Below are positions 21,311-32,914 of a stretch of 64,000 nucleotides of DNA, piece after piece (the first letter of the stretch is position 1; each line of letters starts with the position of its first letter). Origin of the DNA: Synechococcus sp. (GTDB lineage Bacteria; Cyanobacteriota; Cyanobacteriia; Cyanobacteriales; MRBY01); NCBI GenBank assembly GCA_035284725.1, contig JAYKIK010000060.1:5567-69566 (forward strand), read 5' to 3'. Below the pieces are notes generated by a model. The model worked only from the letters and a program-made list of their open reading frames with translations, searched no databases and was not told the DNA's origin. The translations under genes were made by a program, and so were the position numbers.

Positions 21311-22537
21311 GTGAGAAAGATGGGATTTTTCAGCCACCGATATTGCGCCTTATCCTTTGTGGGCTTGGGGTTGTCCCTATGGTTAGCAAGTTGTGGCCCC
21401 ACCCAACCCATCGCAGAAATCGCGACGCCGACAACGGCAGCCTGTGTGGAAAATTACGATCCGGCGGCGGATTATTTTCCCGATAAGGTCACCCCGGAAT
21501 TTGCAACGGGATTCCGGGTGGAATACTACAACCATTACAAAGTGGTGACGGTGCGGCAACCCTGGGAAACGGCCCGGCGGGATTTGACCTATGTTTTCGT
21601 GCAGTGTGGCACACCGATTCCAGAGGATTATCCAGGGGCGACCATCGTTGAAGTGCCCGTCAACCGGGTGATTGCCCTTTCGACGACCTATTTACCTCAC
21701 CTGGATGTTTTAGGTCATTTAGAAAATTTAATTGGGGTTGGCGATCGCCAACTGATCTATAGTCCTGAAATCCGGGCAGCCATTGAAGCAGGCGCTATCA
21801 AAGAAGTCGGCAACCTCCAGTTAGACCGGGAAGCGATGTTGAGTCTCCAGCCTGACGTGATTTTGAACTATCGTCTCGATGCCAGCGAGGGGAACAATAC
21901 CAGCGCCCTCGATTCTCTGGGATTAACAGTGGTGTTAGATGCCGCCCACCTGGAACCGACCCCCTTAGGCCGGGCGGAATGGCTTAAGTTTACGGCCCTG
22001 TTATTCAACGAAGAAAAAAACGCGAACGAAATTTTTGGGGCGATCGCCAACCGTTACCAAGCCCTCGTGAACCAAGTCCAAGATTTAGAAACAACGCCGA
22101 CGGTGCTGAGTGGGTCGCCTTACCAGGGGGTCTGGTATGTGCCGGGGGGCGAAAGCTATGTAGCTCAACTGTTTCGGGATGCAAACGTGAATTATCCTTG
22201 GGCAGAAACCAAGGCTCGCCTCAGTTTACCCCTGGATTTTGAAGCGGTCTTAAACCGGGCAAAGGATGCGGATCTTTGGCTTAATGTGAATCCTGATTGG
22301 CAAACCACCGCTAATATTTTCCAGGAAGACCAACGCTACACCCTCTTTACCGCCGCACAAAAACAGCAGGTCTATGCCGCTAACAAACGGGTCTTCCCAG
22401 GGGGAGGCAATGATTTTTGGGAAGGGGGCACGTTAAATCCCGATGTGGTCCTCGCTGATGTGATTAAAATTGCCCACCCCGACCAGCTTCCCGACCACGA
22501 GCTTTTCTATTACCATCACCTGTCAGATTCCCCGTGA
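21311..22537 (+). CDS. btuF: Cobalamin ABC transporter substrate-binding lipoprotein
   Basis: Lipobox LASC; PVNRVIALSTT and EPTPLGRAEWLKF of class III substrate-binding proteins; operon context. Confidence 0.85.
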   Translation: MRKMGFFSHRYCALSFVGLGLSLWLASCGPTQPIAEIATPTTAACVENYDPAADYFPDKVTPEFATGFRVEYYNHYKVVTVRQPWETARRDLTYVFVQCGTPIPEDYPGATIVEVPVNRVIALSTTYLPHLDVLGHLENLIGVGDRQLIYSPEIRAAIEAGAIKEVGNLQLDREAMLSLQPDVILNYRLDASEGNNTSALDSLGLTVVLDAAHLEPTPLGRAEWLKFTALLFNEEKNANEIFGAIANRYQALVNQVQDLETTPTVLSGSPYQGVWYVPGGESYVAQLFRDANVNYPWAETKARLSLPLDFEAVLNRAKDADLWLNVNPDWQTTANIFQEDQRYTLFTAAQKQQVYAANKRVFPGGGNDFWEGGTLNPDVVLADVIKIAHPDQLPDHELFYYHHLSDSP

Positions 22538-23586
22538 AAATTCCTTATACCACTAGCCCTTTAAGTTTTTTCGCGTTGCCCAATGTCCGTTGGCGATCGC
22601 CTTCCTTGTTTGTCTGCCTTGGGGTGCTTTGGGGAAGTTTATTTTTCCTGAATTTGGGCTTAGGTTCGACGGTGATTCCCTGGGATCAACTGCTTGCCAT
22701 TGCTCTGGGTCAACCCGTGGATAATCCCGTTTGGGCGGAAATTGTCTGGCAACTGCGCTTACCAAGGGCGATCGCTGCCACCTTTGCCGGAGCGGCCCTA
22801 GGCATTAGTGGCCTCCAGATGCAAACTTTATTTAACAATCCTCTCGCTGGTCCCTTTGTGTTGGGTATCAACTCCGGTGCGAGTTTGGGGGTGGCTCTTG
22901 TTCTGTTGGGCACGGGGTTTATGGGCGGTGTTCTCGGTAATTTGAGTGTGGCGATGGCCGCGAGCTTAGGGGCGGTAGCAGTTTTATTGCTCATTTTGGC
23001 GATCGCCCGTCGGGTGTCTCACAACGCAACCCTCTTAATTTTGGGTTTGATGCTCGGCTATGTCAGTAATTCCCTTGTCACTTTACTGCTGCACTTTAGC
23101 CCCACCGAAGCACTGCGTCTGTATCTGAGTTGGACCTTTGGCAGCTTTGCTGAAATCCAGCGGGAACAGTTGCCCATTTTTATCGGGTTAATTGTTGCGG
23201 GAGGTCTTCTGGCCTTTTTCCAGGCGAAACCTCTCAATGCACTTCTCCTCGGTAAGCAATATGCCCAGAGCGTTGGCCTCGATCTCAAAGCAACCCGTCG
23301 CCACATTATCGTTAGCACAGCCCTCTTAGCGGGATCGGTAACGGCCTTTTGTGGCCCGATTTCTTTTCTGGGAATTGCAGTGCCCCACCTTTGTCGAGGC
23401 TTACTGAAAACCGTTGATCATCGCCTTTTGGTGCCAGCAGTAACTTTATTGGGGTCTAGCCTGGCCTTGCTTGCGGATATTATTGTGCAACTGCCAGGGA
23501 GTGAACTAACCTTACCTCTAAATACGGTAACAGCGATGTTTGGGGCACCGATTATTGTGATTTTAATTTTGCGGCGTCTTCCCTGA
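22534..23586 (+). CDS. btuC: Cobalamin ABC transporter permease (FecCD/BtuC family)
   Basis: LRLPRA, MQTLFNNPLAGPFVLGINSGA, GPISFLGIAVPH; 4-nt overlap with btuF. Confidence 0.88.
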   Translation: MKIPYTTSPLSFFALPNVRWRSPSLFVCLGVLWGSLFFLNLGLGSTVIPWDQLLAIALGQPVDNPVWAEIVWQLRLPRAIAATFAGAALGISGLQMQTLFNNPLAGPFVLGINSGASLGVALVLLGTGFMGGVLGNLSVAMAASLGAVAVLLLILAIARRVSHNATLLILGLMLGYVSNSLVTLLLHFSPTEALRLYLSWTFGSFAEIQREQLPIFIGLIVAGGLLAFFQAKPLNALLLGKQYAQSVGLDLKATRRHIIVSTALLAGSVTAFCGPISFLGIAVPHLCRGLLKTVDHRLLVPAVTLLGSSLALLADIIVQLPGSELTLPLNTVTAMFGAPIIVILILRRLP

Positions 23587-23711
23587 GACAATGGCTGATT
23601 TGCCGAAATCATTCAACCTAAACCCCCCAGCCGAACGTCCAGACACTTTTTCTAAGGGGAAAGAGTCCAGTACACTGAACATGCTGTTGGATGTAGTGAT
23701 AGTGACTAGTC

Positions 23712-24179
23712 GTGGTTAATGCGTTAAAGATCAGTCGGTGGTGTTTCAGTGCTTTGCTGGCCGTTAATTTAATTGGCTGCAATCCTTGGACGGTGCTTTC
23801 TCAGCAGGAACAAGGGGCCCAGCGGACTATCGCCAGCTTAGGTACATTAACACCGGGCGTTGAAGTGAAAGTCCAGGGGATTGTCACCCAACGGGTTCCT
23901 CTGTTGGAACAGGGCGCCTATGAAATAGAAGATGGTACAGGCCGCATTTGGGTCATCACAGAATCACCGTTGCCAGAACAGGGAATGGCCCTTGCCGTAT
24001 CCGGTCAACTCCAAGTCCATGAGTTACAGCTCCAGCAACAGGATTTTAGGGAATTATTTATCCAGGAACAGACAAGCACTGATTTGCTAGATATCGGTGA
24101 AATTTCACTACCCCAACCCCCCATAAAGGAACACCTCGATCTCCAGTTTTTGCCCCACAAGGAAAATCAAAAGTTCTGA
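23712..24179 (+). CDS. Hypothetical lipoprotein, probable OB-fold
   Basis: Lipobox-like LIGC; VKVQGIV..YEIEDGTGRIWV pattern typical of OB-folds. Confidence 0.7.
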   Translation: MVNALKISRWCFSALLAVNLIGCNPWTVLSQQEQGAQRTIASLGTLTPGVEVKVQGIVTQRVPLLEQGAYEIEDGTGRIWVITESPLPEQGMALAVSGQLQVHELQLQQQDFRELFIQEQTSTDLLDIGEISLPQPPIKEHLDLQFLPHKENQKF

Positions 24180-24228
24180 ATCTCAAGGTGTTAATAAAGG
24201 AAAAGTTCGAGGTTTCGCACAGAAAAGT

Positions 24229-24963
24229 TTAGCTATCCGAGCCGGATTCAGTGGTTTCCTTGGTTTCGCTATCTGTTGTTTCTGCGGTCTGAGCTTTCGC
24301 TTCTTCTTTTTCCCGACGTTTCCGTTCGGCCAGCAGAGCATCTTCTAACACTGCTAAAACCTGGTTCATTTTTTCCAGATTGCTGCGATAAAGATCAAGA
24401 TCTTTTTGCATTTTTTCGGCGGGAAGCTTGAGACCAGTGGTCACAGTAGCCAGCATTTCATCTCGCTTTTCGGTGTCCTCAAGCAGCTTCGGTTCAGATT
24501 CTCCGAGGAAGGTGTAGATCCCGATGGCAAACAACCGGCTGTACTTGAAATGATCATTTTTGGCGATCGCCTCAATTTTTTCCCAGAGTTCTTGGGCACC
24601 TTCGGGGGGGACATCCTGACGGAAACAATTGATGAGTTGTTCACCAGAACAGCGTTTAGCTAGCTCTACCAAAGCCATAGCGTCCCGTTTGTAGGCTTCA
24701 GCTTCGCCACCAATAGCCTGACACATGCTCTGGAAAATCGAATCCTTGTCCGCTTCCGGGCGATACCCCTGCATAAATCGTTCAAAGGAAGTGACTACCC
24801 CCAGGGCATAGAAGGGGTCGTAGCGGAAATCCACATTTACCGACAGCAAATGCATTTCTACTAATAATTCTTCGACCACCCGCCGAAAAATAGAATTAAT
24901 GGGTCGGGTATGGTGCGTATAAAAATCACGCTTGGTATCGGAAACTGTGCGAACTTGACTCAC
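24229..24963 (-). CDS. thf1: Thylakoid formation protein Thf1 / Psb29
   Basis: RTVSDTKRDFY..RPINSIFRRVVEELLVEMHLL, FKYSRLFAIG, KDLDLYRSNLEK. Confidence 0.95.
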   Translation of the reverse strand: MSQVRTVSDTKRDFYTHHTRPINSIFRRVVEELLVEMHLLSVNVDFRYDPFYALGVVTSFERFMQGYRPEADKDSIFQSMCQAIGGEAEAYKRDAMALVELAKRCSGEQLINCFRQDVPPEGAQELWEKIEAIAKNDHFKYSRLFAIGIYTFLGESEPKLLEDTEKRDEMLATVTTGLKLPAEKMQKDLDLYRSNLEKMNQVLAVLEDALLAERKRREKEEAKAQTAETTDSETKETTESGSDS

Positions 24964-25191
24964 AAATGGAACCCACGATTGACATTTCAGTATTCTATTT
25001 TGACGTTTCTAGAAGCGTTTGCCAAGGTAATAGCCCCAGGGATCGACTAAAGGAATAGTTTTTTCAGTCTAAAAAGTTCTAAGCCAAAATTTGGGTGCTG
25101 TCATGCTTAGACGAAAAGATCACAGAAAAATATTTTGGCGATCGCCTTAATTTTCTTCTTCCTTGCTAATAGCTCAAATCAATCATTAAAC

Positions 25192-25222
25192 AAAAAAGAG
25201 TGGCACCGAAATACCACCCTTC
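25192..25222 (-). terminator. Intrinsic terminator of the large atp operon
   Basis: Minus strand gggtggtat-ttcg-gtgccactc followed by T6. Confidence 0.7.
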
Positions 25223-25290
25223 AGGTCTAAAAGATAAAACAATTTAAAATAGTTTTTCACAACAAAACGCAACGAATACTTGTGGTATTC

Positions 25291-26235
25291 CTATAGAGCA
25301 TTAGCTCCGGCAACTACCTCGAGAAGTTCTTGGGTAATCGCCGCCTGTCGTGCTTTGTTGTAGGACAGGGTGAGGGTTTTCATCAGTTCAGAAGCGTTGT
25401 CGCTGGCATTGTTCATCGCGGTCATCCGTGCCGCCAACTCACTAGCTGCACCTTCCTGTAGGGCCCGCAGTAATTGGTTACTGAGGTACAAGGGCAACAA
25501 AGCATTAAGAATATCCTTGGGATCCTGTTCAAAGATCATATCCGCCGGTAATTCTTTGACTTCCGTAGAAACCTTTTCCCGTTCTACCTGGAACTTACCA
25601 CCCCGGGTGATGAGGTTAAAGGTTTCATCCTCAGGATTTGTTAAGGCCTCAGGAACCAAAGGTAGCAGGGTTTGGATAACGGGCTGGGAGCTAATCAAAG
25701 ACACAAAACGGGTATAGATTAGCTCAATTTTGTCGACTTCTTCCGAGAGGAAAAGAGAGAGCAATTCGTCGGCGATATCAGAGGCTTCCGCAGCCGAAGG
25801 AATTTGTTCTAACCCGAAATAGGTCTTCGCAATGGGGGCCTGACGGTTTTGGAAATATTGCACCGCTTTACGGCCCACCAGAACAAACTTGTAGTTAATG
25901 CCCGCCGCTGCTAATTCCTTAGCCCGTTGTTCTGCCTTACGGATAATGTTGGCGTTATAACCACCACAAAGACCGCGATCGCCTGTAATGACCAACAGAC
26001 CGACACACTTTACTTCCCGTTGTTTGAGGAGGGGGAGATCCGCTTCCTCGAGACGGAGCCGGCTCTTGAGACCATAAAGAACCTGCAAGAGGGTATTAGC
26101 AAAGGGACGGGTAGAAGTCACCTGCTCTTGGGCACGACGTACTTTTGCCGCGGCCACCAAACGCATCGCTTCAGTAATTTTCTTGGTATTTTTGACGGAT
26201 TGAATCCGGTCGCGAATCCCCTTTAGGTTTGGCAT
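25291..26235 (-). CDS. atpG: ATP synthase F1 gamma subunit (cyanobacterial name atpC)
   Basis: [35 protein letters not shown]. Confidence 0.97.
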   Translation of the reverse strand: MPNLKGIRDRIQSVKNTKKITEAMRLVAAAKVRRAQEQVTSTRPFANTLLQVLYGLKSRLRLEEADLPLLKQREVKCVGLLVITGDRGLCGGYNANIIRKAEQRAKELAAAGINYKFVLVGRKAVQYFQNRQAPIAKTYFGLEQIPSAAEASDIADELLSLFLSEEVDKIELIYTRFVSLISSQPVIQTLLPLVPEALTNPEDETFNLITRGGKFQVEREKVSTEVKELPADMIFEQDPKDILNALLPLYLSNQLLRALQEGAASELAARMTAMNNASDNASELMKTLTLSYNKARQAAITQELLEVVAGANAL

Positions 26236-26317
26236 GAGTAATATCCCTTAGTTCGATTCTGGGTCGCCTGAGACCCCTAAGATTCTTAGGTTTAGTTCCA
26301 GGCGACGGGTAATCTGC

Positions 26318-27835
26318 TTAGGCCGCAGCGGCAAAACTTTGCTTGTGCTCGGCGATCGCCTCTTTGAGGAGGGTTTCAGCTTCGTCCGTTAAAGCCTTAT
26401 CGTTGGCGATGATTTCACCGTACCGGGCTTTGCTGGTAGCGAGGTACTGGCGGAGACCTGTGGTGAACTCAACAACGCGATCCACAGGAATTTCATCGAG
26501 GTAACCATTCAGACCAGCGTACACAATTGCCACCTGTTCTGCTACAGAGAGAGGAGAATTTTGCGCTTGCTTAAGGATCTGACGGAGGCGCTGACCCCGG
26601 GCCAACTGGTTTTGGGTTGCAGCATCAAGGTCAGAGGCGAACTGAGCAAATGCTTCCAGTTCCGCAAACTGAGCTAATTCGAGCTTCAGCTTACCAGCAA
26701 CCTTCTTCATTGCTTTGGTTTGGGCCGCAGAACCAACGCGAGATACGGAAATACCTGCGTTAATTGCCGGACGGAAACCGGCGTTGAACAGGTCAGAGGA
26801 CAGGAAGATCTGGCCGTCAGTAATCGAAATTACGTTGGTAGGGATGTAAGCAGAAACGTCACCCGCTTGGGTTTCGATGATCGGCAGGGCCGTCATGCTA
26901 CCACCACCGAGTTCATCGCTAAGTTTAGCGGCACGCTCCAGCAAACGGGAGTGCAAGTAGAATACGTCACCGGGGTAAGCTTCACGACCGGGGGGACGAC
27001 GGAGCAGCAGGGACATCTGACGGTATGCTTGGGCTTGCTTGGAAAGGTCATCGTACACAATCAGAGTTGCTTTGCCTTGGTACATAAAGTACTCGGCGAT
27101 CGCCGCACCGGTGTAGGGGGCGAGATACTGTAAAGTTGCCGGGTCATTCGCGTTGGCTGCGACAACCACGGTGTAATCCATGGCACCCTTGGATTCGAGG
27201 GTAGAAATCACCTGGGCAACGGTGGAAGCCTTTTGGCCCACAGCAACGTACACACAAATTACGTCTTCGCCTTTTTGGTTAATGATGGTGTCTACGGCAA
27301 CGGCAGTTTTACCGGTTTGACGGTCACCAATGATCAACTCCCGCTGACCACGGCCGACGGGAATCATCGCGTCAATAGCGGTAATCCCGGTCTGCATCGG
27401 TTCATGGACAGAACGACGGGCAATAATCCCAGGGGCCATGAATTCGATCAGGCGGCTATCAGTGGCGGCAATGTCACCTTTACCGTCGATGGGACGAGCC
27501 AGAGCATCGACAACGCGACCGACAATGGCTTCACCAACGGGGATTTCAGCAATCCGACCAGTGGCTTTGACGCTGCTACCTTCTTGGATATCGCGGCCAT
27601 CACCCATCAATACGGCACCGACGTTATCTTCTTCGAGGTTGAGGGCGATCCCTACGGTGCCGTCTTCAAACTCAAGGAGCTCACCAGCCATGGCTTGCTC
27701 AAGACCGTAGATCCGCGCAATACCATCACCAACTTGGAGTACGGTACCGACGTTATCAACTTGAACTTTTTGGTCGTAAGACTCAATTTGCTGACGAATA
27801 ATGCTACTAATTTCGTCGGGTCTGATACTAATCAT
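26318..27835 (-). CDS. atpA: ATP synthase F1 alpha subunit
   Basis: GDRQTGKT Walker A; [20 protein letters not shown]. Confidence 0.99.
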   Translation of the reverse strand: MISIRPDEISSIIRQQIESYDQKVQVDNVGTVLQVGDGIARIYGLEQAMAGELLEFEDGTVGIALNLEEDNVGAVLMGDGRDIQEGSSVKATGRIAEIPVGEAIVGRVVDALARPIDGKGDIAATDSRLIEFMAPGIIARRSVHEPMQTGITAIDAMIPVGRGQRELIIGDRQTGKTAVAVDTIINQKGEDVICVYVAVGQKASTVAQVISTLESKGAMDYTVVVAANANDPATLQYLAPYTGAAIAEYFMYQGKATLIVYDDLSKQAQAYRQMSLLLRRPPGREAYPGDVFYLHSRLLERAAKLSDELGGGSMTALPIIETQAGDVSAYIPTNVISITDGQIFLSSDLFNAGFRPAINAGISVSRVGSAAQTKAMKKVAGKLKLELAQFAELEAFAQFASDLDAATQNQLARGQRLRQILKQAQNSPLSVAEQVAIVYAGLNGYLDEIPVDRVVEFTTGLRQYLATSKARYGEIIANDKALTDEAETLLKEAIAEHKQSFAAAA

Positions 27836-27946
27836 GTCTGTACTGTTAAATAAGGTTAATTCTAGGGACAGTCTATTGAGACACTTTCACAAAATTAAGG
27901 GGTCGGCCTTAGGACTGGCCAGGGATTCTATCCCGGTTAAACCAGC

Positions 27947-28504
27947 TTAGTTAGAACCCAAGAGGTCCATGCTAATGCGACGGAGTTGGCCCCGCAGGCT
28001 TGCATCGAATACCTTAGAACCGACTTTAATTACCACGCCACCAATCAAATCGGCATCAGTGCTGATGTTCAACTCGACGGCATTGGCCCCGGTCATTTGT
28101 TTGACTTGATCGGCGATCGCCTTCTCCTGTTCTGCGGTGAGTGTCTGGGCACTGGTTACATCCGCGAGAACGATATTGTTGAGTTTCCGCTGGAGAGCGA
28201 TGAACTCTTGGCAAATGCCTTCCAGGAAAACGATCCGACGACGGTCAACGAGCAGCAATAAGAAATTGATGAAATAGGTATCGATTTCTTTACCACAAAC
28301 TTGCTGAAGGACAGCCTTTTTTTCCTCGGCTTTGATCAAGGGATTCAGCACAAATGACCGGAACTCTGCGGACTCTTGGAAGAGTGTGAGCAAAGACCGG
28401 GCATTATCAGCGAATACTTCAACTTTGTTTGTCTCCTGTGCCAGGGTCATTAACGCGCCAGCATAGGGCTCAACAACCTGAGCAATCATTGCATTACCCT
28501 TCAT
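27947..28504 (-). CDS. atpH: ATP synthase F1 delta subunit (cyanobacterial name atpD)
   Basis: PYAGAL, LIGGVVIKVGSKVFDASLRGQL; operon position. Confidence 0.95.
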   Translation of the reverse strand: MKGNAMIAQVVEPYAGALMTLAQETNKVEVFADNARSLLTLFQESAEFRSFVLNPLIKAEEKKAVLQQVCGKEIDTYFINFLLLLVDRRRIVFLEGICQEFIALQRKLNNIVLADVTSAQTLTAEQEKAIADQVKQMTGANAVELNISTDADLIGGVVIKVGSKVFDASLRGQLRRISMDLLGSN

Positions 28505-29028
28505 GCGCCACCTCCCAGTTGTGCAATACTGCGATCTACTAACTTGGCTTGAGCGGACTCATCCAACTCAGACCGCAATTGAGCCTCTACTTTCGCCAGA
28601 GCAAGTTCTGCAACTCGCCGTTTGAGTTCGGCAATTACTTTTGCTTGTTCTGTATTCAGTTCTTTCACCGCAGAGGCCTTGAGTTTTTCAACTTCCTCAC
28701 GACCTTTAGCGAGAATTTCTTGCTTAGTTTTTTCTGCGGCAACCTTAGCATCCTCGCGAATGTTCACCGCCTGGGCTTGGGCTTGTTCCAGGTCTTTTTG
28801 GGCTTTTGTCAGTGCTTCTTGGGCGGCCTTTGCGCGGCTTTCGGCATCTTCTAAATCCGCAACAATCTTACTTTTGCGCGTTTCTAAAATATTGCCAATG
28901 AACTTGCTCCCATAGACGTACAGAACCCCAATGATGATCGCAAGGTTGATAATGTTTGTTTCTAAAATGTCGAAGTTTAAATGAAAACCACCCTCCGATG
29001 CGGTGGCAAGGTAGGAAATAATTCCCAT
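28501..29028 (-). CDS. atpF: ATP synthase F0 subunit b
   Basis: FHLNFDILETNIINLAI TM helix followed by a coiled coil. Confidence 0.95.
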   Translation of the reverse strand: MGIISYLATASEGGFHLNFDILETNIINLAIIIGVLYVYGSKFIGNILETRKSKIVADLEDAESRAKAAQEALTKAQKDLEQAQAQAVNIREDAKVAAEKTKQEILAKGREEVEKLKASAVKELNTEQAKVIAELKRRVAELALAKVEAQLRSELDESAQAKLVDRSIAQLGGGA

Positions 29029-29157
29029 GATATCGATCTACCCCAGCGCTATTTGCTTATGGTGTATACATCTAAAAATGGATAACTCTTTTTCTTAAAG
29101 ATATAAAAGCTTGAAATCTTCAAGAGTTCCCATCTAGGCAGCGAAAACCGCACTACC

Positions 29158-29643
29158 CTAAAGCTTGGCCCCGACTAATTTGGAGGCGATCGCCTGGCTG
29201 AGAGAATCTACCTGTTGCTCAAGGGACTTGAAGGCAGATTCCCGCTGTGCCTCGATTTCCAGGGCTGCTTTTTCCCGCTCTGCTAAAGCTTCAGCCTGGG
29301 CAGACTTGATTTCATCCGCCACAACTTTCTGGGCCTCAGCCTGAGCCGTTGCAATCACATCCTGAGCTTCACGACGCACATTACGGAGTTCCTGCTCATA
29401 TTGAGAGGCAAGATCTTCCGCTTTCTGCAGACGTTCTTTTGCTTCCACTAAGTTAGTACGAATATATTCGGAACGGTCGTCGATCACTTGACCAATAGGC
29501 TTATAGAAAAGCTTATTTAACAACGCCGCTAAGACCAAAAATTGAATGGCCATTACTGGCAGCGTTGCGTCAAAATCAAAAAGACCACCTTCAGCGGTTT
29601 TCTCGACTGCTTCAGTTGCTAAAACAATTGTCCAGTGTGTCAT
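29158..29643 (-). CDS. atpF2: ATP synthase F0 subunit b' (cyanobacterial name atpG)
   Basis: [20 protein letters not shown] followed by a coiled coil. Confidence 0.93.
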   Translation of the reverse strand: MTHWTIVLATEAVEKTAEGGLFDFDATLPVMAIQFLVLAALLNKLFYKPIGQVIDDRSEYIRTNLVEAKERLQKAEDLASQYEQELRNVRREAQDVIATAQAEAQKVVADEIKSAQAEALAEREKAALEIEAQRESAFKSLEQQVDSLSQAIASKLVGAKL

Positions 29644-29796
29644 TTATCAGTTGACCCCACCGTGTTTGGGTCTTTGTAGAGTTTATACATCTAGGGCTAA
29701 AAGCCCTGTAGTCCCATCAGGAAAGAGGGGATAGGTCATCAAGCTAACTATTTTTTAGTCAATCGCCCAATGACCTAAACCCAATCCGGAATCGTT

Positions 29797-30060
<264 letters not shown>

Positions 30061-30205
30061 TTATTGAAGTGGTTATAAACAGGTCTCTAAAACAGATCCC
30101 CGTCAAAAAAATTAACAGAAAAAGCGACCAGAAACACAAATAGACTTGAAATTTCTAGTTAGCCTTTGGGCTTTTATCAATAATCCTGAAGATGGTCTGC
30201 CTATC

Positions 30206-30946
30206 TTAGTGATGACCTTCCATCGCTTCAGCAATGTAAGCTGCCGCAAGGGTAGAGAAGATCAGCGCTTGGATCGCACTGGCGAATAAACCCAGAGCCA
30301 TCAAGGGCAGAGGAATAATCAGGGGAACCAAAAATACCAAAACACCAACCACAAGCTCATCCGCAAGGATGTTTCCGAAAAGACGGAAGCTCAGGGAGAG
30401 GGGCTTGGTGAAGTCTTCCAGGATGTTAATCGGTAGGAGGACAGGGGTCGGTTCCAAATATTTTTTCAGGTAACCAATTCCGCGCTTTTTGAACCCGGCG
30501 TAGAAGTACGCCAAGGAAGTCAGCAGAGCTAGGGCAACGGTGGTGTTGATGTCGTTAGTGGGTGCTGCTAATTCACCTTCGGGGAGACCAATGATTTTCC
30601 AAGGCACCAGGGCACCGGACCAGTTGGCGACGAAAATGAACAGGAACAATGTGCCAATGAAAGGCACCCAAGGACGATACTCCTTTTCTCCCAGTTGGTT
30701 TTTCACCAAATCCCGAATGAATTCGAGGGCATATTCCATGAAGTTTTGAAAACCGCTGGGAACACGCTGAACATTGCGGGTTGCGATAAGGGAAGCAATT
30801 AGGAGTACAGCAATAACGAACCAAGAGGTCATTAGTACCTGTCCGTGGACTTTTAGACCACCAAGTTCCCAATAGAAATGTTTGCCGACTTCGAGTTCAG
30901 CAAGGGGAAATAAACTAAATGTAGTTAAACTATTAAGCATTTCCAT
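30206..30946 (-). CDS. atpB: ATP synthase F0 subunit a (cyanobacterial name atpI)
   Basis: [24 protein letters not shown]. Confidence 0.97.
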   Translation of the reverse strand: MEMLNSLTTFSLFPLAELEVGKHFYWELGGLKVHGQVLMTSWFVIAVLLIASLIATRNVQRVPSGFQNFMEYALEFIRDLVKNQLGEKEYRPWVPFIGTLFLFIFVANWSGALVPWKIIGLPEGELAAPTNDINTTVALALLTSLAYFYAGFKKRGIGYLKKYLEPTPVLLPINILEDFTKPLSLSFRLFGNILADELVVGVLVFLVPLIIPLPLMALGLFASAIQALIFSTLAAAYIAEAMEGHH

Positions 30947-31000
30947 TTGATGAGCTTTCCCCGGTTCTTTCGCTGGACAATCTCTCGCTGGGGTGAACTT

Positions 31001-31453
31001 CTAGTCCGACTTATCTGCCACAAATAGGCTGTTGGGGAGAACATATATGAGAATTGCAAGTTTGTAGGTCAGAAATCCCAGGAAAGTGGGAAGAATTTCC
31101 AGTTGCTCCAGCCGGGTTGCCAAGATGATCATGCCCGCAAAGAGAGCTAATCGACCGGAACCGGTTTTAGGATTGTCGCTACTGATTTTCTCGACGCTTC
31201 TTGCCAACATTCTCAAATAAATTATCCCGACCCCGGCGCCAATGAGATAGCTCACGGCAGTTTGGGCAGAATAGAAATACCAAACCATGAGGGCGATCGC
31301 CCCACTGGCAGCAAGAGTCACAAAAAAAATGGACTTTTTGAGCTGATAATACTCGTCCATTGCATTGTTACTTGCCGCATTCCCGTCACTCTCTAATGGC
31401 GTTTTAGAAAGATTTGGGAGAACTGGTTGGCCTTGAGACTCGGATGAATTCAC
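31001..31453 (-). CDS. atpI: ATP synthase protein I (Atp1)
   Basis: Four-TM protein at the head of the atp operon; YLRMLARSVE, FLGFLTYK. Confidence 0.88.
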   Translation of the reverse strand: MNSSESQGQPVLPNLSKTPLESDGNAASNNAMDEYYQLKKSIFFVTLAASGAIALMVWYFYSAQTAVSYLIGAGVGIIYLRMLARSVEKISSDNPKTGSGRLALFAGMIILATRLEQLEILPTFLGFLTYKLAILIYVLPNSLFVADKSD

Positions 31454-31712
31454 GCTCAGCAGGTTTAACGGATCAAAAGATTTGACCGATTATTTGACTG
31501 TCTATGTTGCTTTGTACGAGGGAAACAGTACAAACCACGTGCAATCATATCACGCCATTGTCACAAACCTTAAAAACTTCCTGGGCTTTACTTTGGGTAC
31601 TCAAACAGCGGCCTGAAATTCCTATTTCCCATTGGTTTCTCGGCCAAGTCGGGCTAATTTAGACAAGGCATAGGACAGCCGTCAAGATGCAGTTCATCAC
31701 ATTTAAAGCACG

Positions 31713-31808
31713 ATGGAAATGGATACTTCAATATTGGATTGGGTGGCGATCACCGGCTATTTTGGGGTCACTCTGCTAGTCTGCTGGCAGATTTTCCTAC
31801 GCCGTTAG
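31713..31808 (+). CDS. Putative 31-aa single-TM microprotein MEMDTSILDWVAITGYFGVTLLVCWQIFLRR
   Basis: Hand-translated ATG..TAG; acidic N-terminus, about 20 hydrophobic residues, terminal RR; sits in a gene-free gap. Confidence 0.5.
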   Translation: MEMDTSILDWVAITGYFGVTLLVCWQIFLRR

Positions 31809-31858
31809 TTAATCTTTTCTGACCTTTTGCCACCGCATTTCCTCATAAAACAACGCCG

Positions 31859-32833
31859 ATGCAAAACCAACTTTCTCTACCGGCCATGGGATGTGGGACT
31901 TGGGCCTGGGGCAACCGTTTGCTCTGGGGTTACGAGTCCACTATGGATCAAGATCTCCAACAGGTATTCAATTTTTGCGTTTCCCAGGGCATTACGCTGT
32001 TTGACACGGGGGATTCCTACGGTACTGGGAGATTAAGCGGCCGTAGTGAAAGCCTTCTGGGACAATTCTCCCAAGCCTACCAAGGGCACCACCAACAGGA
32101 GATTATCCTCGCTACCAAACTGGCCCCCTACCCTTGGCGACTCACATCAGGGGCAATGGAGCGGGCATGCGTAGCTTCTTCTAAACGGTTACAGCGTCCG
32201 GTGGATTTGGTGCAAATGCATTGGTCAACGGCCAACTATGCCCCCTGGCAGGAAAAGCGTTTATTGCGGGGACTGGCGAACCTTTACGAAACAGGCCAGG
32301 TCAAAGGAATGGGTCTTTCGAATTACGGTGGGAAGCGGCTACGGGAAGTGCACCGTTGGTTTCAGGATTGGGGTGTACCACTCAAAACACTCCAGGTGCA
32401 ATATTCTCTCCTCTCCACAGATCCAGTCTTGAAATACGACGTTAAAGCCGTATGTGATGAGTTGGGTATCCAGTTGATTGCCTATAGTCCCCTCGCCTTG
32501 GGTTTATTGACGGGGAAATATAGTCTTGATCAGCCTTTGCCCAAGGGATTACGTCGGCGGGTTTTTAAAGAAATTTTGCCGAACATGGGTGAATTACAGG
32601 GCTGTCTAACGGAGTTAATGGCCCAACATCAAAAAACCATGGCCCAAATCGCTTTGAACTGGTGCATTTGTAAGGGAACAATGCCCATTCCGGGAGCCAA
32701 AAATCTTGTCCAAGCCCGGGAAAATGCTGGTGCTTTGGGCTGGCATCTATCATCAGCAGAAGTGGAAGCCCTGGATTGTGCCGCAGGCCAAGCAACAAAA
32801 ACCATGGTGCAAAATCCGTTCCAATCCCGCTAG
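31859..32833 (+). CDS. Aldo/keto reductase
   Basis: GCGTWAWG, FDTGDSYG, LATK, QVQYSLL, IAYSPLALG, IPGAK. Confidence 0.92.
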   Translation: MQNQLSLPAMGCGTWAWGNRLLWGYESTMDQDLQQVFNFCVSQGITLFDTGDSYGTGRLSGRSESLLGQFSQAYQGHHQQEIILATKLAPYPWRLTSGAMERACVASSKRLQRPVDLVQMHWSTANYAPWQEKRLLRGLANLYETGQVKGMGLSNYGGKRLREVHRWFQDWGVPLKTLQVQYSLLSTDPVLKYDVKAVCDELGIQLIAYSPLALGLLTGKYSLDQPLPKGLRRRVFKEILPNMGELQGCLTELMAQHQKTMAQIALNWCICKGTMPIPGAKNLVQARENAGALGWHLSSAEVEALDCAAGQATKTMVQNPFQSR

Positions 32834-32914
32834 GTTTTTTTGATCGTTGCGATCGCCTTTTTGGAGTCCTTGATATTTTGAGGACAGTCCGTAGTTACTG
32901 ATTTTGTTCTTGCC

